Positions 18,491 to 29,372 of a DNA stretch of 64,000 bases are shown piece after piece. The notes beneath the pieces were generated by a model. It saw only the letters and a list, made by a program, of their open reading frames with translations. It was not told the origin of the DNA and did no database searches. Each line of letters begins with the position of its first letter. Position 1 is the stretch's first letter. The stretch comes from an uncultured Pseudomonadales bacterium (lineage in GTDB: Bacteria > Pseudomonadota > Gammaproteobacteria > Pseudomonadales > Balneatricaceae). Position numbers and translations under genes: made by a program. The stretch spans positions 356-64,355 of the forward strand of contig CALKFY010000048.1 of the NCBI GenBank assembly GCA_938084925.1. The letters are read 5' to 3'.

Positions 18491-19225
18491 TCAATTAGAA
18501 ACAGCTTTGCCACCTTCATCTGGCACTTTCATCGCCACAGCAACACCATGAGGATAACGCCCGTCAATACGGGCTATAGGATGCTTTAGCATGGCTAAGT
18601 CTGTATCGTAAATCTGCACAACACGCTGTAAGCGCTGCATGCCTTCATCACGACCAAGCAGAATTTTAATATCATTATCTAAGCTCAAATCAACAGCACC
18701 ACGCCTAGCCATACTCATGGCGCTGATAGCCAGCTCTTCACGCGCCAAAACAGCGCTCATAGAACGAAAACTAGCGGCCATTTTGGGGGTCTGTTCTACT
18801 GGACCGTGCAACAACGGCAAAGCCTCTAGGTTTTCTATAAGCGACAAGTCTAAATCCAACACCTGCCAATGATGATTCAACACCTGACCTTCACCCCAAC
18901 GAGCAACAATAACTTGCGGGCTAACCTCTACCATCAAACGGTCTGGCCACACTCTCGATACAATGGCGCCATCGACCCAGACATTAGTCTCAACCTGATC
19001 CTTCACATGATTCAAATTAACACTAAAAAAACGCCCCAAATCTTGATTCTTTAACTGCGCTAATATCAATTGTTGCTCACTACGTGGTATATCACCCTGC
19101 AATACCACCTGACGAATAGGCTGATTGGTCCATGGGCTAGCATATATCCACCCCCAATAAGCAACACCGGCAAGTACCGACAACAGACCCAGACGCCACA
19201 TCATAGCTCGCAGCCAACTAGTCAT
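18491..19225 (-). CDS. ftsQ: Cell division protein FtsQ
   Basis: TM helix, POTRA domain WV...VSRVWPD, IDGRYPHGVAV; position between ddl and ftsA. Confidence 0.92.
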   Translation of the reverse strand: MTSWLRAMMWRLGLLSVLAGVAYWGWIYASPWTNQPIRQVVLQGDIPRSEQQLILAQLKNQDLGRFFSVNLNHVKDQVETNVWVDGAIVSRVWPDRLMVEVSPQVIVARWGEGQVLNHHWQVLDLDLSLIENLEALPLLHGPVEQTPKMAASFRSMSAVLAREELAISAMSMARRGAVDLSLDNDIKILLGRDEGMQRLQRVVQIYDTDLAMLKHPIARIDGRYPHGVAVAMKVPDEGGKAVSN

Positions 19226-20243
19226 GGGTATTCACCATACCTGTAGGCCCACCCCTCTGGCGTTGTAAGCATAGGTTTAAGACTAAAACCACCAACTGCT
19301 CAAAAGACAAACCAACACGCTCAGCGGCCATAGGCACCAGACTATGGGTGGTCATGCCTGGAGAAGTATTAATTTCTAACAACCAATCTTTCCCTTGAGC
19401 ATCACGCATCACATCAACGCGCCCCCAATCCTGACATTCCAAAATGCTAAAGGCCTTTTCGCACTCAGCCTCCATTGCACTTTGCTGGGCAGCTGTTAAA
19501 TCATTGTCAAAGCTATATAGAGTTTCATCAGAATAGTATTTGGCCTGTAAGTCATAAAACTGATTATCTGTTTGCAAACGGATAGTCGGCAAGGCTTGCC
19601 CATCCAAAACAGCAATCGTGTACTCCTCACCAGCAATAAACTGTTCAGCCATTACCTGACGATCAAAAGCTTTGGCGTCGGCATAAGCCGCTTCCATATC
19701 CGCAACACTATTAACAATATGCACACCAAGACTTGATCCTTCGTGCACAGGCTTCACTACTATGGGCAACCCCAAGCGTTGAGCTACTTTGGCACAACTA
19801 GTCGTGTCATCTAAAACCTGCCAGTCCGGCGTTGCAATACCCGCACTCTGCCACACTCTCTTGGTCATAAGTTTATGCATACCTAAGCTAGAGGCCATGA
19901 CGCCACTACCCGTATAAGGGATCCCTAAGTATTCCAAAACACCTTGCACGGTACCGTCTTCACCACCTGGTCCATGCATAGCAATAAACGCCACATCCAT
20001 AGGCGCTTGCTGCAATTGTTGTAACTGACTAAGCCCCTGCGCCTGAGCTTCTGGACTAGCTAAATCAATGGCAAAGGCATCAACACCAGCACTCAATAGA
20101 TGTTCCAAGACCTGCGTGCCACTCATCAACGAAATTTCACGTTCCGCCGAATCACCACCATAAACCACACCCACCCGAACACTGGGAACGGATAGTAAGT
20201 GCTGCCACTGGTTTGCAAAATTATTGGCTAGCTGTTCGCTCAT
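19218..20243 (-). CDS. ddl: D-alanine--D-alanine ligase
   Basis: GGDSAEREISL, HGPGGEDG, EGSSLG, LEINTSPGMT. Confidence 0.97.
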   Translation of the reverse strand: MSEQLANNFANQWQHLLSVPSVRVGVVYGGDSAEREISLMSGTQVLEHLLSAGVDAFAIDLASPEAQAQGLSQLQQLQQAPMDVAFIAMHGPGGEDGTVQGVLEYLGIPYTGSGVMASSLGMHKLMTKRVWQSAGIATPDWQVLDDTTSCAKVAQRLGLPIVVKPVHEGSSLGVHIVNSVADMEAAYADAKAFDRQVMAEQFIAGEEYTIAVLDGQALPTIRLQTDNQFYDLQAKYYSDETLYSFDNDLTAAQQSAMEAECEKAFSILECQDWGRVDVMRDAQGKDWLLEINTSPGMTTHSLVPMAAERVGLSFEQLVVLVLNLCLQRQRGGPTGMVNTHD

Positions 20244-20245
20244 GA

Positions 20246-21676
20246 TTAATCCTGCTCCATATTCTCCAACAAGGCGCGAGATATCTGACCAATATCGCCA
20301 GCCCCTTGTGTTAACAACAGATCCCCTGGTTGTAAAATATCAGACAACACGGGAGCAATAGCGGCACCACGCTCGACAAAAATAGGATCTAAGGCGCCAC
20401 GGGCACGAATACTTCGACAAAGAGCGCGACCATCAGCCCCAGCAATCGGCTCTTCACCAGCAGGGTAGACATCCAATAACACCAATACATCAACTCGTGA
20501 TAATACATCTACAAAGTCTTCATAAAGATCACGCGTACGACTGAAGCGATGTGGCTGATACACCATCACCAAACGGCGCTCCGGCCAACCTGTACGAATG
20601 GCATCAATGGTGGCAGCCACTTCACGTGGATGATGACCATAATCATCAACTAAGGTGGCCACACCATCACCTGCAGGGTAATCACCCAACACTTGAAAAC
20701 GCCGACCAACACCGGTAAAACCGGCCAGGCCCGCTTCGATATCTTTGCCTTCCATTTCTAAATCGGTAGCAATCGCGATGGTGGCCAAGGCATTCAAGGC
20801 ATTATGGCGACCGGGCATATGCAAAGTAATATCTAAGTCATCAAGGCCTTTTCGCGCCACCTTAAAGTAGGTTGTCATACCTTCTTGGCGCAAGTCATAG
20901 GCACGAATATCTGCGCTTTCATCAAAACCGTAAGTGATAGTCGGACGACTGATTTGCGGAAGGATCTCCCATACCACTGGATCGTCAATACAAACAATAG
21001 CCAAACCGTAAAACGGCAAGTTATGCAAAAACTCAATGAAGGTACGCTTCAAACGACCAAAATCACCCTCGTAGGTGGACATATGATCGGCGTCGATATT
21101 GGTCACCACCGAAGTTAGTGGCTGCAAATGTAAAAAGGAAGCATCGCTCTCATCGGCTTCGGCTACTAGGTAGCTACTACTACCTAACTGAGCGTTGGTA
21201 CCGGCGCTATTTAGCTTACCGCCAATGACAAAAGTAGGATCCAAACCACCGGCAGCTAGTACCGATGCTGCCATAGAAGTGGTCGTGGTTTTACCATGAG
21301 TACCGGCAATGGCGATGCCATGTCGATAACGCATTAGCTCTGCCAACATTTCGGCACGCTGAATTACTGGAATACGATGGGCTCGGGCGGCATTTACCTC
21401 TGGGTTATCATCACTTACTGCGGTAGAAGCAACAACCACATGCACACCGCGTACGTTCGCTTCGGCGTGACCAATCATGATATTGGCGCCCTGGGATGAC
21501 AAACGCTCAGTCACAGGACTCACTCGAATATCGGAACCACTCACTTCATAACCTTGGTTTAATAGCACTTCGGCAATACCACACATGCCGACACCACCAA
21601 TGCCGACAAAGTGGATTTTGCGCATGCGACGCATTTCCGGAATCACATATTGATGTGCGGGTGTCATTTTAACCAT
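20246..21676 (-). CDS. murC: UDP-N-acetylmuramate--L-alanine ligase
   Basis: [29 protein letters not shown]. Confidence 0.98.
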   Translation of the reverse strand: MVKMTPAHQYVIPEMRRMRKIHFVGIGGVGMCGIAEVLLNQGYEVSGSDIRVSPVTERLSSQGANIMIGHAEANVRGVHVVVASTAVSDDNPEVNAARAHRIPVIQRAEMLAELMRYRHGIAIAGTHGKTTTTSMAASVLAAGGLDPTFVIGGKLNSAGTNAQLGSSSYLVAEADESDASFLHLQPLTSVVTNIDADHMSTYEGDFGRLKRTFIEFLHNLPFYGLAIVCIDDPVVWEILPQISRPTITYGFDESADIRAYDLRQEGMTTYFKVARKGLDDLDITLHMPGRHNALNALATIAIATDLEMEGKDIEAGLAGFTGVGRRFQVLGDYPAGDGVATLVDDYGHHPREVAATIDAIRTGWPERRLVMVYQPHRFSRTRDLYEDFVDVLSRVDVLVLLDVYPAGEEPIAGADGRALCRSIRARGALDPIFVERGAAIAPVLSDILQPGDLLLTQGAGDIGQISRALLENMEQD

Positions 21677-22793
21677 TTACGGCCTCCATGCATTGTTCAG
21701 CGACCACTCGAGTCGCCTCTGGTTGAGCTAGTGATAAAGCAGCCTGAGCCATCTCTTGGAGAAGCTCAGGTTGCGATACTAATGGGGTAAGTACTGACGC
21801 AAGGTTGGCGGCAGTTAAATCCGTTTGTGGGATCAAAATAGCAGCGCCCGCCGATACTAAGGCTTGCGCATTGGCTGTTTGATGATCATCCACTGCATAA
21901 GGAAAAGGCACTAATACAGCAGGCTTGCCTGCTGCAGCCAACTCACTAACAGTGAGTGCTCCAGCGCGACATATAATTAAATCTGCCCAAGCAAAAGCCG
22001 TCGGCATATCATCAATATAGGCATCAACCTGCGCTTCTACTTTGGCGGCTGAATAGGCTGCTTGGGTCACATCTAGATGCTTGGGTCCACATTGATGACG
22101 AATGCTAAGCTGATGAGCGCTTATATTATTGAGCATTTCAGCTAAGCTCTGAGGAATAGCTTTATTCAATGCCAAAGCACCTAAGCTACCACCCACAACC
22201 AGTAAGTTACATGTATCACTTGTAGACTTATCAGTATTATCTGACTGATTAAACTCAGGGCGAATCGGGTTACCCACAGTAATGGCTTTCGGGTCAGCAA
22301 AAGCACCATTAAAAGCTTGCATAACACGACTAGAAAGTGGGCGTAGCAAGCGATTAGTTAAACCTGGGATAGCATTTTGTTCATGGATTAATAATGGCTT
22401 GCGACGCAAAAATGCGGCTAAACCGCCAGGTCCTGCCACAAAACCGCCCATGCCTAGCACGCAGTCAGGATTAATCTGACCTAACAAACGCCATGCTTGC
22501 CACAAGGATTTGGCCAGTCGCCAAGGAGCGGTTAACAAAGACAAGCGCCCTTTACCGCGCAAACCAGTAATATCAATGCAATGTAACGGGTAACTCGCTG
22601 CAGGCACCAAACGTGCCTCAATGCCTTTACCACTACCCAACCAGTCAACCTGCCAACCTTGAGCACGCAGATAGTCAGCGGTGCTTAAAGCAGGATAAAC
22701 ATGGCCACCTGTACCCGCGGCCATGATCAAAATACGCGGTGCCGGACTTTTCTGGTCCTGATTAGAAACTGGCTTAGACACGGGATTCGACAT
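21669..22793 (-). CDS. murG: Lipid II GlcNAc transferase
   Basis: [35 protein letters not shown]. Confidence 0.98.
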   Translation of the reverse strand: MSNPVSKPVSNQDQKSPAPRILIMAAGTGGHVYPALSTADYLRAQGWQVDWLGSGKGIEARLVPAASYPLHCIDITGLRGKGRLSLLTAPWRLAKSLWQAWRLLGQINPDCVLGMGGFVAGPGGLAAFLRRKPLLIHEQNAIPGLTNRLLRPLSSRVMQAFNGAFADPKAITVGNPIRPEFNQSDNTDKSTSDTCNLLVVGGSLGALALNKAIPQSLAEMLNNISAHQLSIRHQCGPKHLDVTQAAYSAAKVEAQVDAYIDDMPTAFAWADLIICRAGALTVSELAAAGKPAVLVPFPYAVDDHQTANAQALVSAGAAILIPQTDLTAANLASVLTPLVSQPELLQEMAQAALSLAQPEATRVVAEQCMEAVNG

Positions 22794-24036
22794 AGGTCAC
22801 CTCCGTGTTTACAAAATCAGCTTCTTCGTGGTTATGCTCTTGCCACTGGCCCTCAGACTGGTGACGCTCATTATCCACTTGGCGACGCTTTACCAGCTGT
22901 AACAAGTAATTATTTTCAACACTGATACGCAACAAGATACCAAGGATACCGGCACTAGAAATCATGCTACTGCCACCATAACTAACAAAGGGTAAGGTCA
23001 GCCCTTTGGTCGGTAGCAAGCCTAAATTTACTCCAATATTGATCATCGCTTGGGCAGTGATTAAAAACACCAAACCATAGCTCAAGTAGGCAGCATAAGG
23101 ACGCTGCAAACGTTCCGCCATCTGTCCTACTTGCAAGCCTCTAACAATCAATACGGCATACAAAGCCACTACAGCCAAGGCGCCAACGGCACCCCACTCC
23201 TCGGCTAATACTGAGTAAACAAAATCCGTATGGGCTTCTGGCAAATAGAACAGTTTTTGCATGCTATTGCCCAAACCTTCACCAAACCAACCGCCACGAC
23301 CAAAGGCAATTTGCGCTTGGGTCAACTGATAACCAGCACCAAATGGGTCACTCCACGGCTCAAGGTAGGTTAGCAAACGTTGCATACGATAGGGCGAGAA
23401 CCAAGCGATAGCACCTATCACCGGCAGTAGTACCAAAGCCACGGCAGTAAGGTGCAATTTGCGCATACCACCTAAAAAGAACATGCCCACAACAGCGCCC
23501 ATCAATACCACGGTAGAACCAAAATCTGGCTCTAGTAGCAATAAACCACTGAAGGCCATCATTACAGCCATGGGCTTTAAGAAACCACCAAAATTAGTTC
23601 GCACCTCAGATTGGCGACGCACCAAATAGCCAGCCATAAAAGTTACCACTGCCACCTTGGCAAATTCCGAGGGCTGTAAGCTGAAGCTACCTAAAGGGAT
23701 CCAGCGCACACTACCATTTACTTCACGACCAATACCGGGAATCAAAACCACTAGTAAACTTAGGGCACCCAAACCCATCAACACAGGTCCGTGTTTTTGC
23801 CAAAACTGAATAGGAATTAGTAAACTAGCCAACATAGAAATCAAACCCAGAACGACAAAAATAGCCTGGCGTTTGCTTTGATAAAAGGGGTCAAGATTCT
23901 TAATAGCTGCCACGTCAATAGAAGCCGAGCTAATCATAACAAAGCCAATAACCATCAAAGCGATGGCAGGCACCAGCAAGGCCCTGTCCCAAGTTTGTCC
24001 GCTAATCAGCTGCCATTGTTGCTGTAACCAATTCAT
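22774..24036 (-). CDS. ftsW: SEDS peptidoglycan polymerase FtsW
   Basis: QPSEFAK, EPDFG, LPEAHTDF, PTKGLTLPFVSYGGSS. Confidence 0.97.
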   Translation of the reverse strand: MNWLQQQWQLISGQTWDRALLVPAIALMVIGFVMISSASIDVAAIKNLDPFYQSKRQAIFVVLGLISMLASLLIPIQFWQKHGPVLMGLGALSLLVVLIPGIGREVNGSVRWIPLGSFSLQPSEFAKVAVVTFMAGYLVRRQSEVRTNFGGFLKPMAVMMAFSGLLLLEPDFGSTVVLMGAVVGMFFLGGMRKLHLTAVALVLLPVIGAIAWFSPYRMQRLLTYLEPWSDPFGAGYQLTQAQIAFGRGGWFGEGLGNSMQKLFYLPEAHTDFVYSVLAEEWGAVGALAVVALYAVLIVRGLQVGQMAERLQRPYAAYLSYGLVFLITAQAMINIGVNLGLLPTKGLTLPFVSYGGSSMISSAGILGILLRISVENNYLLQLVKRRQVDNERHQSEGQWQEHNHEEADFVNTEVTYVESRV

Positions 24037-25382
24037 GCTTGAGCCTCCACTAGCTGGCGGAAGTGCTCACCCCGTTTCTCGAAACTCGTATAGGCATCAA
24101 AACTCGCACAAGCTGGCGACAACAAAACTAGGTCCCCTGCTTGCGCCAAACTACGCGCCTGCTCTAAAGCCGCAACCATATCAGCCGTGCGTATAATACT
24201 TGTAGACGCGGCCAAGACATCGCCAATGCTGTTACCATCTTGACCATAAACCACTGCGGCTTTACCAAAAGTGGCCATAGGAGCTGACAGATCCGAAAAA
24301 TCGGCACCCTTGCCGACACCACCCGCCAATAAAATAACCTTGCCGCTAATCGTGGCACCCAAACCTTGAATAGCCGCTACGGTAGCGCCCACGTTGGTAC
24401 CTTTGGAGTCATTGATGTAGGTAACACCCGCCTGCTCTGCTACCCATTCGCAACGATGAGCCAAGCCAGTGAATACCCGCAAACTTTCTAACATGGCCAC
24501 TAGAGGCAGACCCACGCTATCCCCTAACGCCAAAGCCGCCAAAGCATTGGCCATGTTATGGCTGCCGGTCATAGCCAGTTCTTCACAAGCAATCAGCTTC
24601 TCAAAGCCAAGGCACAGGAATTCTTTAGAATCTTGTTGGCTAATACCGTATTGCTTCAAATCCGGTTTACCTAAAGTAAACTGACGGTGTTCTACATCAT
24701 CAGGCACCAACGCATAGGTCAGCTGATCGTCAGCATTCTCAACAACCTTTTTACAGCCTTGAAAAACTCGGTGTTTGGCGGCGTGATAGGCCATCAAGTT
24801 ATTGTCGTAGCGATCCATATGATCTGGGCTGATATTTAATACACAGGCGACTTCAGCCTTTAAATCATGAGTTGTTTCTAACTGAAAACTGGACAGCTCC
24901 ATGACATACAGTTCAACGGTATCATCGAGCAAGGCAACGGCTGGTGTGCCTAAATTGCCTCCTATAGCCACATTCCAACCAGCTGTTTTTGCCATGTGCC
25001 CAACCAAACTAGTCACGGTGCTTTTGGCGTTGGAGCCTGTAATTGCAACAATCGGTGCTTTAGCAGCGGCAGAAAACAGATCAATTTCACTACGTACAGG
25101 CACACCTTGAGCAATAGCAGCCTGAATGGCAGGTTCCGCCAACGGCACACCAGGGCTAAGGATAATGCTACTTGCACCGGTACAAAGTTCGCTTTCAAAA
25201 GCACCAAGGGATATGGCAAGTTGAGGCCAGGCTTCTCGTAATTGAGCGAGATAAGGCGGCATTTCTCGAGAGTCAGCCACCACTACCTGCTGTCCCTGTT
25301 GGGCCAGGTAATTGGCGCAGGCAAAACCAGTTTTGCCCAACCCTATTACTAGGGTGTATTTGTCGCTGCCAATGAGTTGCAT
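24033..25382 (-). CDS. murD: UDP-MurNAc-L-Ala--D-glutamate ligase
   Basis: ITGSNAKSTVT, ELSSFQLE, NDSKGTN, SPACASFD. Confidence 0.98.
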   Translation of the reverse strand: MQLIGSDKYTLVIGLGKTGFACANYLAQQGQQVVVADSREMPPYLAQLREAWPQLAISLGAFESELCTGASSIILSPGVPLAEPAIQAAIAQGVPVRSEIDLFSAAAKAPIVAITGSNAKSTVTSLVGHMAKTAGWNVAIGGNLGTPAVALLDDTVELYVMELSSFQLETTHDLKAEVACVLNISPDHMDRYDNNLMAYHAAKHRVFQGCKKVVENADDQLTYALVPDDVEHRQFTLGKPDLKQYGISQQDSKEFLCLGFEKLIACEELAMTGSHNMANALAALALGDSVGLPLVAMLESLRVFTGLAHRCEWVAEQAGVTYINDSKGTNVGATVAAIQGLGATISGKVILLAGGVGKGADFSDLSAPMATFGKAAVVYGQDGNSIGDVLAASTSIIRTADMVAALEQARSLAQAGDLVLLSPACASFDAYTSFEKRGEHFRQLVEAQA

Positions 25383-25420
25383 AACTAGCTAGTCCCTTGC
25401 CTATTCACTATAAATTTAAT

Positions 25421-26503
25421 TTAGCGTAGCTTTAATGTAGCTAAACCAATAAGCACCAAAATTACCGTAATGATCCAGAAGCGCACAATGATACGTGGCT
25501 CAGGCCAGCCGGAAAGCTCAAAGTGATGATGTAACGGAGCCATACGAAAAATACGTTTACCCGTGAGCTTAAACGAGCCCACTTGCAAGATAACCGACAA
25601 GGTCTCTACGACAAAGATGCCGCCCATAATCACCAAGACCAATTCTTGCCGTACGATAACGGCAATAACACCCAGGGCCGCACCCAACGACAAGGCACCT
25701 ACATCCCCCATAAATACTTGTGCCGGATAGGTGTTGAACCAAAGAAAGCCCATACCGGCACCAACAATGGCGGCACAAAATACCACTAGTTCACCAGCGC
25801 CACGGATATAAGGAATATGCAGGTATTCAGAAAATACGGCGTGACCTGACAAATAGGCAAATACGGCTAGCGCCGCTGCCACCAAAACCGTTGGCAAAAT
25901 CGCTAAGCCATCAAGTCCGTCGGTTAAGTTCACGGCGTTGGAAGTACCAACAATAACGAAATAAGTAAAGACGATATAAAAGATGCCTAGGTTAATACTG
26001 ACATCTTTGAAAAACGGTACAATGAGTTCCAGCTCTTGCGGGTACTGAGCGGTATAGAACAAAAACACAGCAGCGCCAAGGCCACCAACGGATTGCCAAA
26101 AGTATTTCCACCGGGCAATCAAACCACGTGAATTTTTTTCGATAACTTTTTTGTAGTCATCCACCCAACCAACTACGCCAAAGATGCCAGTGACCACGAT
26201 AGTGACCCAAATATAGCGGTTACTCAGGTCGCCCCATAACAAGGCACTGACCATAATAGCCACCAAAATCAAAGCCCCACCCATGGTTGGTGTACCAGCT
26301 TTCACCAAATGACTTTGTGGACCATCTTCACGTATTGACTGACCAATCTGCTTAATTTTCAGATGTTTGATCATATACGGACCGATTGCCATAGCAATAA
26401 ATAAGGCCGTAAGCACCCCCATAATGGCGCGCATCGTTAGATACTGAAATACGCCAAAGGCACTGTAATATTGTGATAAGTATTCAGCTAACCATAACAA
26501 CAT
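25421..26503 (-). CDS. mraY: Phospho-MurNAc-pentapeptide transferase
   Basis: [33 protein letters not shown]. Confidence 0.99.
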   Translation of the reverse strand: MLLWLAEYLSQYYSAFGVFQYLTMRAIMGVLTALFIAMAIGPYMIKHLKIKQIGQSIREDGPQSHLVKAGTPTMGGALILVAIMVSALLWGDLSNRYIWVTIVVTGIFGVVGWVDDYKKVIEKNSRGLIARWKYFWQSVGGLGAAVFLFYTAQYPQELELIVPFFKDVSINLGIFYIVFTYFVIVGTSNAVNLTDGLDGLAILPTVLVAAALAVFAYLSGHAVFSEYLHIPYIRGAGELVVFCAAIVGAGMGFLWFNTYPAQVFMGDVGALSLGAALGVIAVIVRQELVLVIMGGIFVVETLSVILQVGSFKLTGKRIFRMAPLHHHFELSGWPEPRIIVRFWIITVILVLIGLATLKLR

Positions 26504-26506
26504 AGG

Positions 26507-27871
26507 TTATTGATCCTTTTGTAATAATAATTCAACTACGCGCTCCATGCGGCTCGAGCGAGAACCTTTTACCAAACAACTAAGCTGTTGTTGTGGCAAG
26601 GTTTGCAAATAAGGGCTTACTTCATCTTGTGAAGCCACAGCAATGGGGTGTTCACCACCATCAGCGGCAAACTGGCTTACTGCCGCTGCCACCCGTGATC
26701 CCACACCAATAAAATAGTTAATACCGGCTTTGGCCGCATAGCGGCCAAGCTCAGAATGCAGACTACGAGAAGCATCACCAAGTTCCCGTAAGTCGCCTAA
26801 AATCAAACACCGGCTACCAGCTTGCTGCGCCAATACATCAATAGCAGCGCGTACGGAAGCTGGGTTGGCGTTATAAGTGTCGTCAATGACCAAGACGTCA
26901 TTGGCTAGTTCATGCCTTACCAAACGTCCACGATAAGCTTGGCAATTAGCTAATCCTGCGCTAATTTGCGCCACTGATAAGCCAGCAGCTGACGCCGCCG
27001 CTGCGGCGGCAAGGGCATTGGCTACATTGTGACGCCCAGACAACGGTAAGCTTGCAGCACACTCTTGCCCGTCAACGCTGAGTACAAAATCACTGGCATC
27101 AGCATTCACTTGTAGGTTTTTGGTATGTACACGTGCTGCGTCGTTTTCAATACTAAAGGACCAAATTTGACGATCGCCAGCCAGTTCTGCCCAGTAGGCA
27201 AAATTGACATCATCCAAGTTCAATACAGCTTGGCCGTCAGGAGCCAAAGAAGAGATTATTTCGCCTTTGGTTTCTACCACACCACGCTGACTACCAAAGC
27301 CTGCTAGGTGTGCATCTTGCGCGTTGTTCAAAATAGCAATTTCTGGCAAACCAATACGGCAGGTGTAAGCAATTTCCCCAGCGTGATTGGCACCCAGCTC
27401 TAACACTCGGTAATCCACATCTTGGGCTTGCATATTCCAAATGGTTAGGGGCACGCCAATGTCATTGTTTAAATTACCTTGAGTAACTTCCACAGAACCG
27501 GCTTGAGCAAAGATGTGCCCGAGCATTTCTTTGACGGTGGTCTTGCCACTACTACCAGTAACTGCCACCCATTTACCAGACATCTGTTGACGACGAATGC
27601 GCGCTATACCTGCTAGCGCAATGCGCGTGTCCGCCACTAACAACAAGGGTAAATTGGTATCAATTTCTTCGCTAACTAAAGCGCCAATAGCGCCCTTCTG
27701 CTGTGCCTGAGCAATAAATTCATGGCCATCAAAATTAGGTCCAACTAAGGCGACAAATAAATCACCCGATTGCAAGGTACGGGTATCTGTCGAGATACGT
27801 GTGAAGTCCCCATCCCCTGTCACTTTACGAGCGTGCAATACATCTGCAACCTGACTCATAGTCAATTTCAT
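26507..27871 (-). CDS. murF: UDP-MurNAc-tripeptide--D-Ala-D-Ala ligase
   Basis: TGSSGKTT, NNDIGVP, DDTYNANP, VKGSRS. Confidence 0.97.
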   Translation of the reverse strand: MKLTMSQVADVLHARKVTGDGDFTRISTDTRTLQSGDLFVALVGPNFDGHEFIAQAQQKGAIGALVSEEIDTNLPLLLVADTRIALAGIARIRRQQMSGKWVAVTGSSGKTTVKEMLGHIFAQAGSVEVTQGNLNNDIGVPLTIWNMQAQDVDYRVLELGANHAGEIAYTCRIGLPEIAILNNAQDAHLAGFGSQRGVVETKGEIISSLAPDGQAVLNLDDVNFAYWAELAGDRQIWSFSIENDAARVHTKNLQVNADASDFVLSVDGQECAASLPLSGRHNVANALAAAAAASAAGLSVAQISAGLANCQAYRGRLVRHELANDVLVIDDTYNANPASVRAAIDVLAQQAGSRCLILGDLRELGDASRSLHSELGRYAAKAGINYFIGVGSRVAAAVSQFAADGGEHPIAVASQDEVSPYLQTLPQQQLSCLVKGSRSSRMERVVELLLQKDQ

Positions 27872-29370
27872 TGGGCCAACTCCTGTTGCACTCTTACTAC
27901 TTGTTCGCGATCACTAAAGTGTTCTCGCTGACCATTAACTTCTTGATAATCTTCATGCCCCTTACCAGCAATCAGAACGATGTCGCCCGCTCTTGCTTGC
28001 TTGAGGGAGTATTCAATTGCGCTGGCTCTATCGGCAATTAAATTAGCTTGTTGTGGTTGCTTAAAGCCGGCGGCTATTTGTTCAATGATAGTGCCACTGT
28101 TTTCACCACGCGGATTGTCGTCAGTCACCACCAACTGATCGGCAAACTGCTCAGCAATTTGCGCCATTAATGGACGTTTGCCGGCATCACGATCGCCACC
28201 ACAACCAAACACACACCATAGCTGCCCCGTTTTTAGGTGCTGTTTAGTCGCTTGCAAAGCGGCTTGCAAGGCATCAGGTGTATGAGCATAGTCGACAATG
28301 GCAGTAACGCCTGTGGACAAGGTGGTTTTTTCCATGCGCCCTGCCACAGGTTCTAATTGCGCCAAGGCCTTTTCAATCTCAGCCAGGCCATAGCCGGCAG
28401 CTAAAAGCACACCCACTGTTGCTAGCAGGTTGCTCAAATTAAATTCACCGTACAAAGCAGTGCTAACTGTCATGCTACCCACAGGCGTAGTAATCTCGGC
28501 ACTGAAACCCTGTTGATTGAAACTGACGCTGTTTGCGTATATGTTGGCCGAGGTAGAATTAGCCTTCACACTGTAAGTCCACTGTTGGACATCAGCGGCT
28601 ATATCATTAGCTAGAGCTTGACCAAAACTATCATCAACATTAACCACCGCATGTTCTAAGGTTGGCCAGCTGAACAAACGCGCCTTAGCTTGCCCATAGG
28701 CTTCCATGGAGCCATGGTAGTCTAGATGGTCACGACTCAAATTAGACAACACGGCTATGTTGAATTCACAGGCACTTACTCGGCCTTGGTGTAAACCGTG
28801 GGAGGACACTTCCATGGCACATGCGCTAGCACCTTGAGATTGCATATCGGCTAACAACGCCTGTACAGAAACAGCGTCAGGAGTGGTGTTAGGCCCTGCT
28901 TGCAAAGCACCTAACAGCCCATTGCCCGTAGTGCCAATAACACCACAAGTCTGCCCCAAAATACTGCATGCTTGGGCCACATAATGACTGATGCTGGTTT
29001 TGCCATTGGTGCCGGTAATGCCAACTAGCAACATGTCAGCACTTGGCTGAGACAATACAGCAGCAGCCAAACGGGCCTGATTTTTTGCTAGGTTAACTAC
29101 CCCCAAAATAGGCACAGTGAAGTTGAATGCGTCCACTAACGATAACTGGTCCACATCAATAGCCACCGCAGCGGCGTGTTTTGCCTGCGCCTGTTCAATA
29201 AAACTGCGCAACCGCTGCGGGTCCCCTACACACGCAATAAACAGATTACCTGCCATCACCTGCCGGCTATCAGATGCAACACCCGTTACCAGCACGTCAG
29301 CAACCACTGGGTTCCATCCCAGTGCTTGACAAATTACTGATAGACTCGTTGCTTTCACACCCAACCCCAC
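27868..29370 (-). CDS. murE: UDP-MurNAc-dipeptide--meso-DAP ligase
   Basis: TGTNGKT, MEVSSH, DYAHTPD, DNPR, AGKGHE. Confidence 0.97.
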   Translation of the reverse strand: MGLGVKATSLSVICQALGWNPVVADVLVTGVASDSRQVMAGNLFIACVGDPQRLRSFIEQAQAKHAAAVAIDVDQLSLVDAFNFTVPILGVVNLAKNQARLAAAVLSQPSADMLLVGITGTNGKTSISHYVAQACSILGQTCGVIGTTGNGLLGALQAGPNTTPDAVSVQALLADMQSQGASACAMEVSSHGLHQGRVSACEFNIAVLSNLSRDHLDYHGSMEAYGQAKARLFSWPTLEHAVVNVDDSFGQALANDIAADVQQWTYSVKANSTSANIYANSVSFNQQGFSAEITTPVGSMTVSTALYGEFNLSNLLATVGVLLAAGYGLAEIEKALAQLEPVAGRMEKTTLSTGVTAIVDYAHTPDALQAALQATKQHLKTGQLWCVFGCGGDRDAGKRPLMAQIAEQFADQLVVTDDNPRGENSGTIIEQIAAGFKQPQQANLIADRASAIEYSLKQARAGDIVLIAGKGHEDYQEVNGQREHFSDREQVVRVQQELAQ

Positions 29371-29372
29371 TG

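Noticed and set aside
20240-20250. No murB between murC and ddl
   Set aside because: murB is commonly outside the dcw cluster in Gammaproteobacteria
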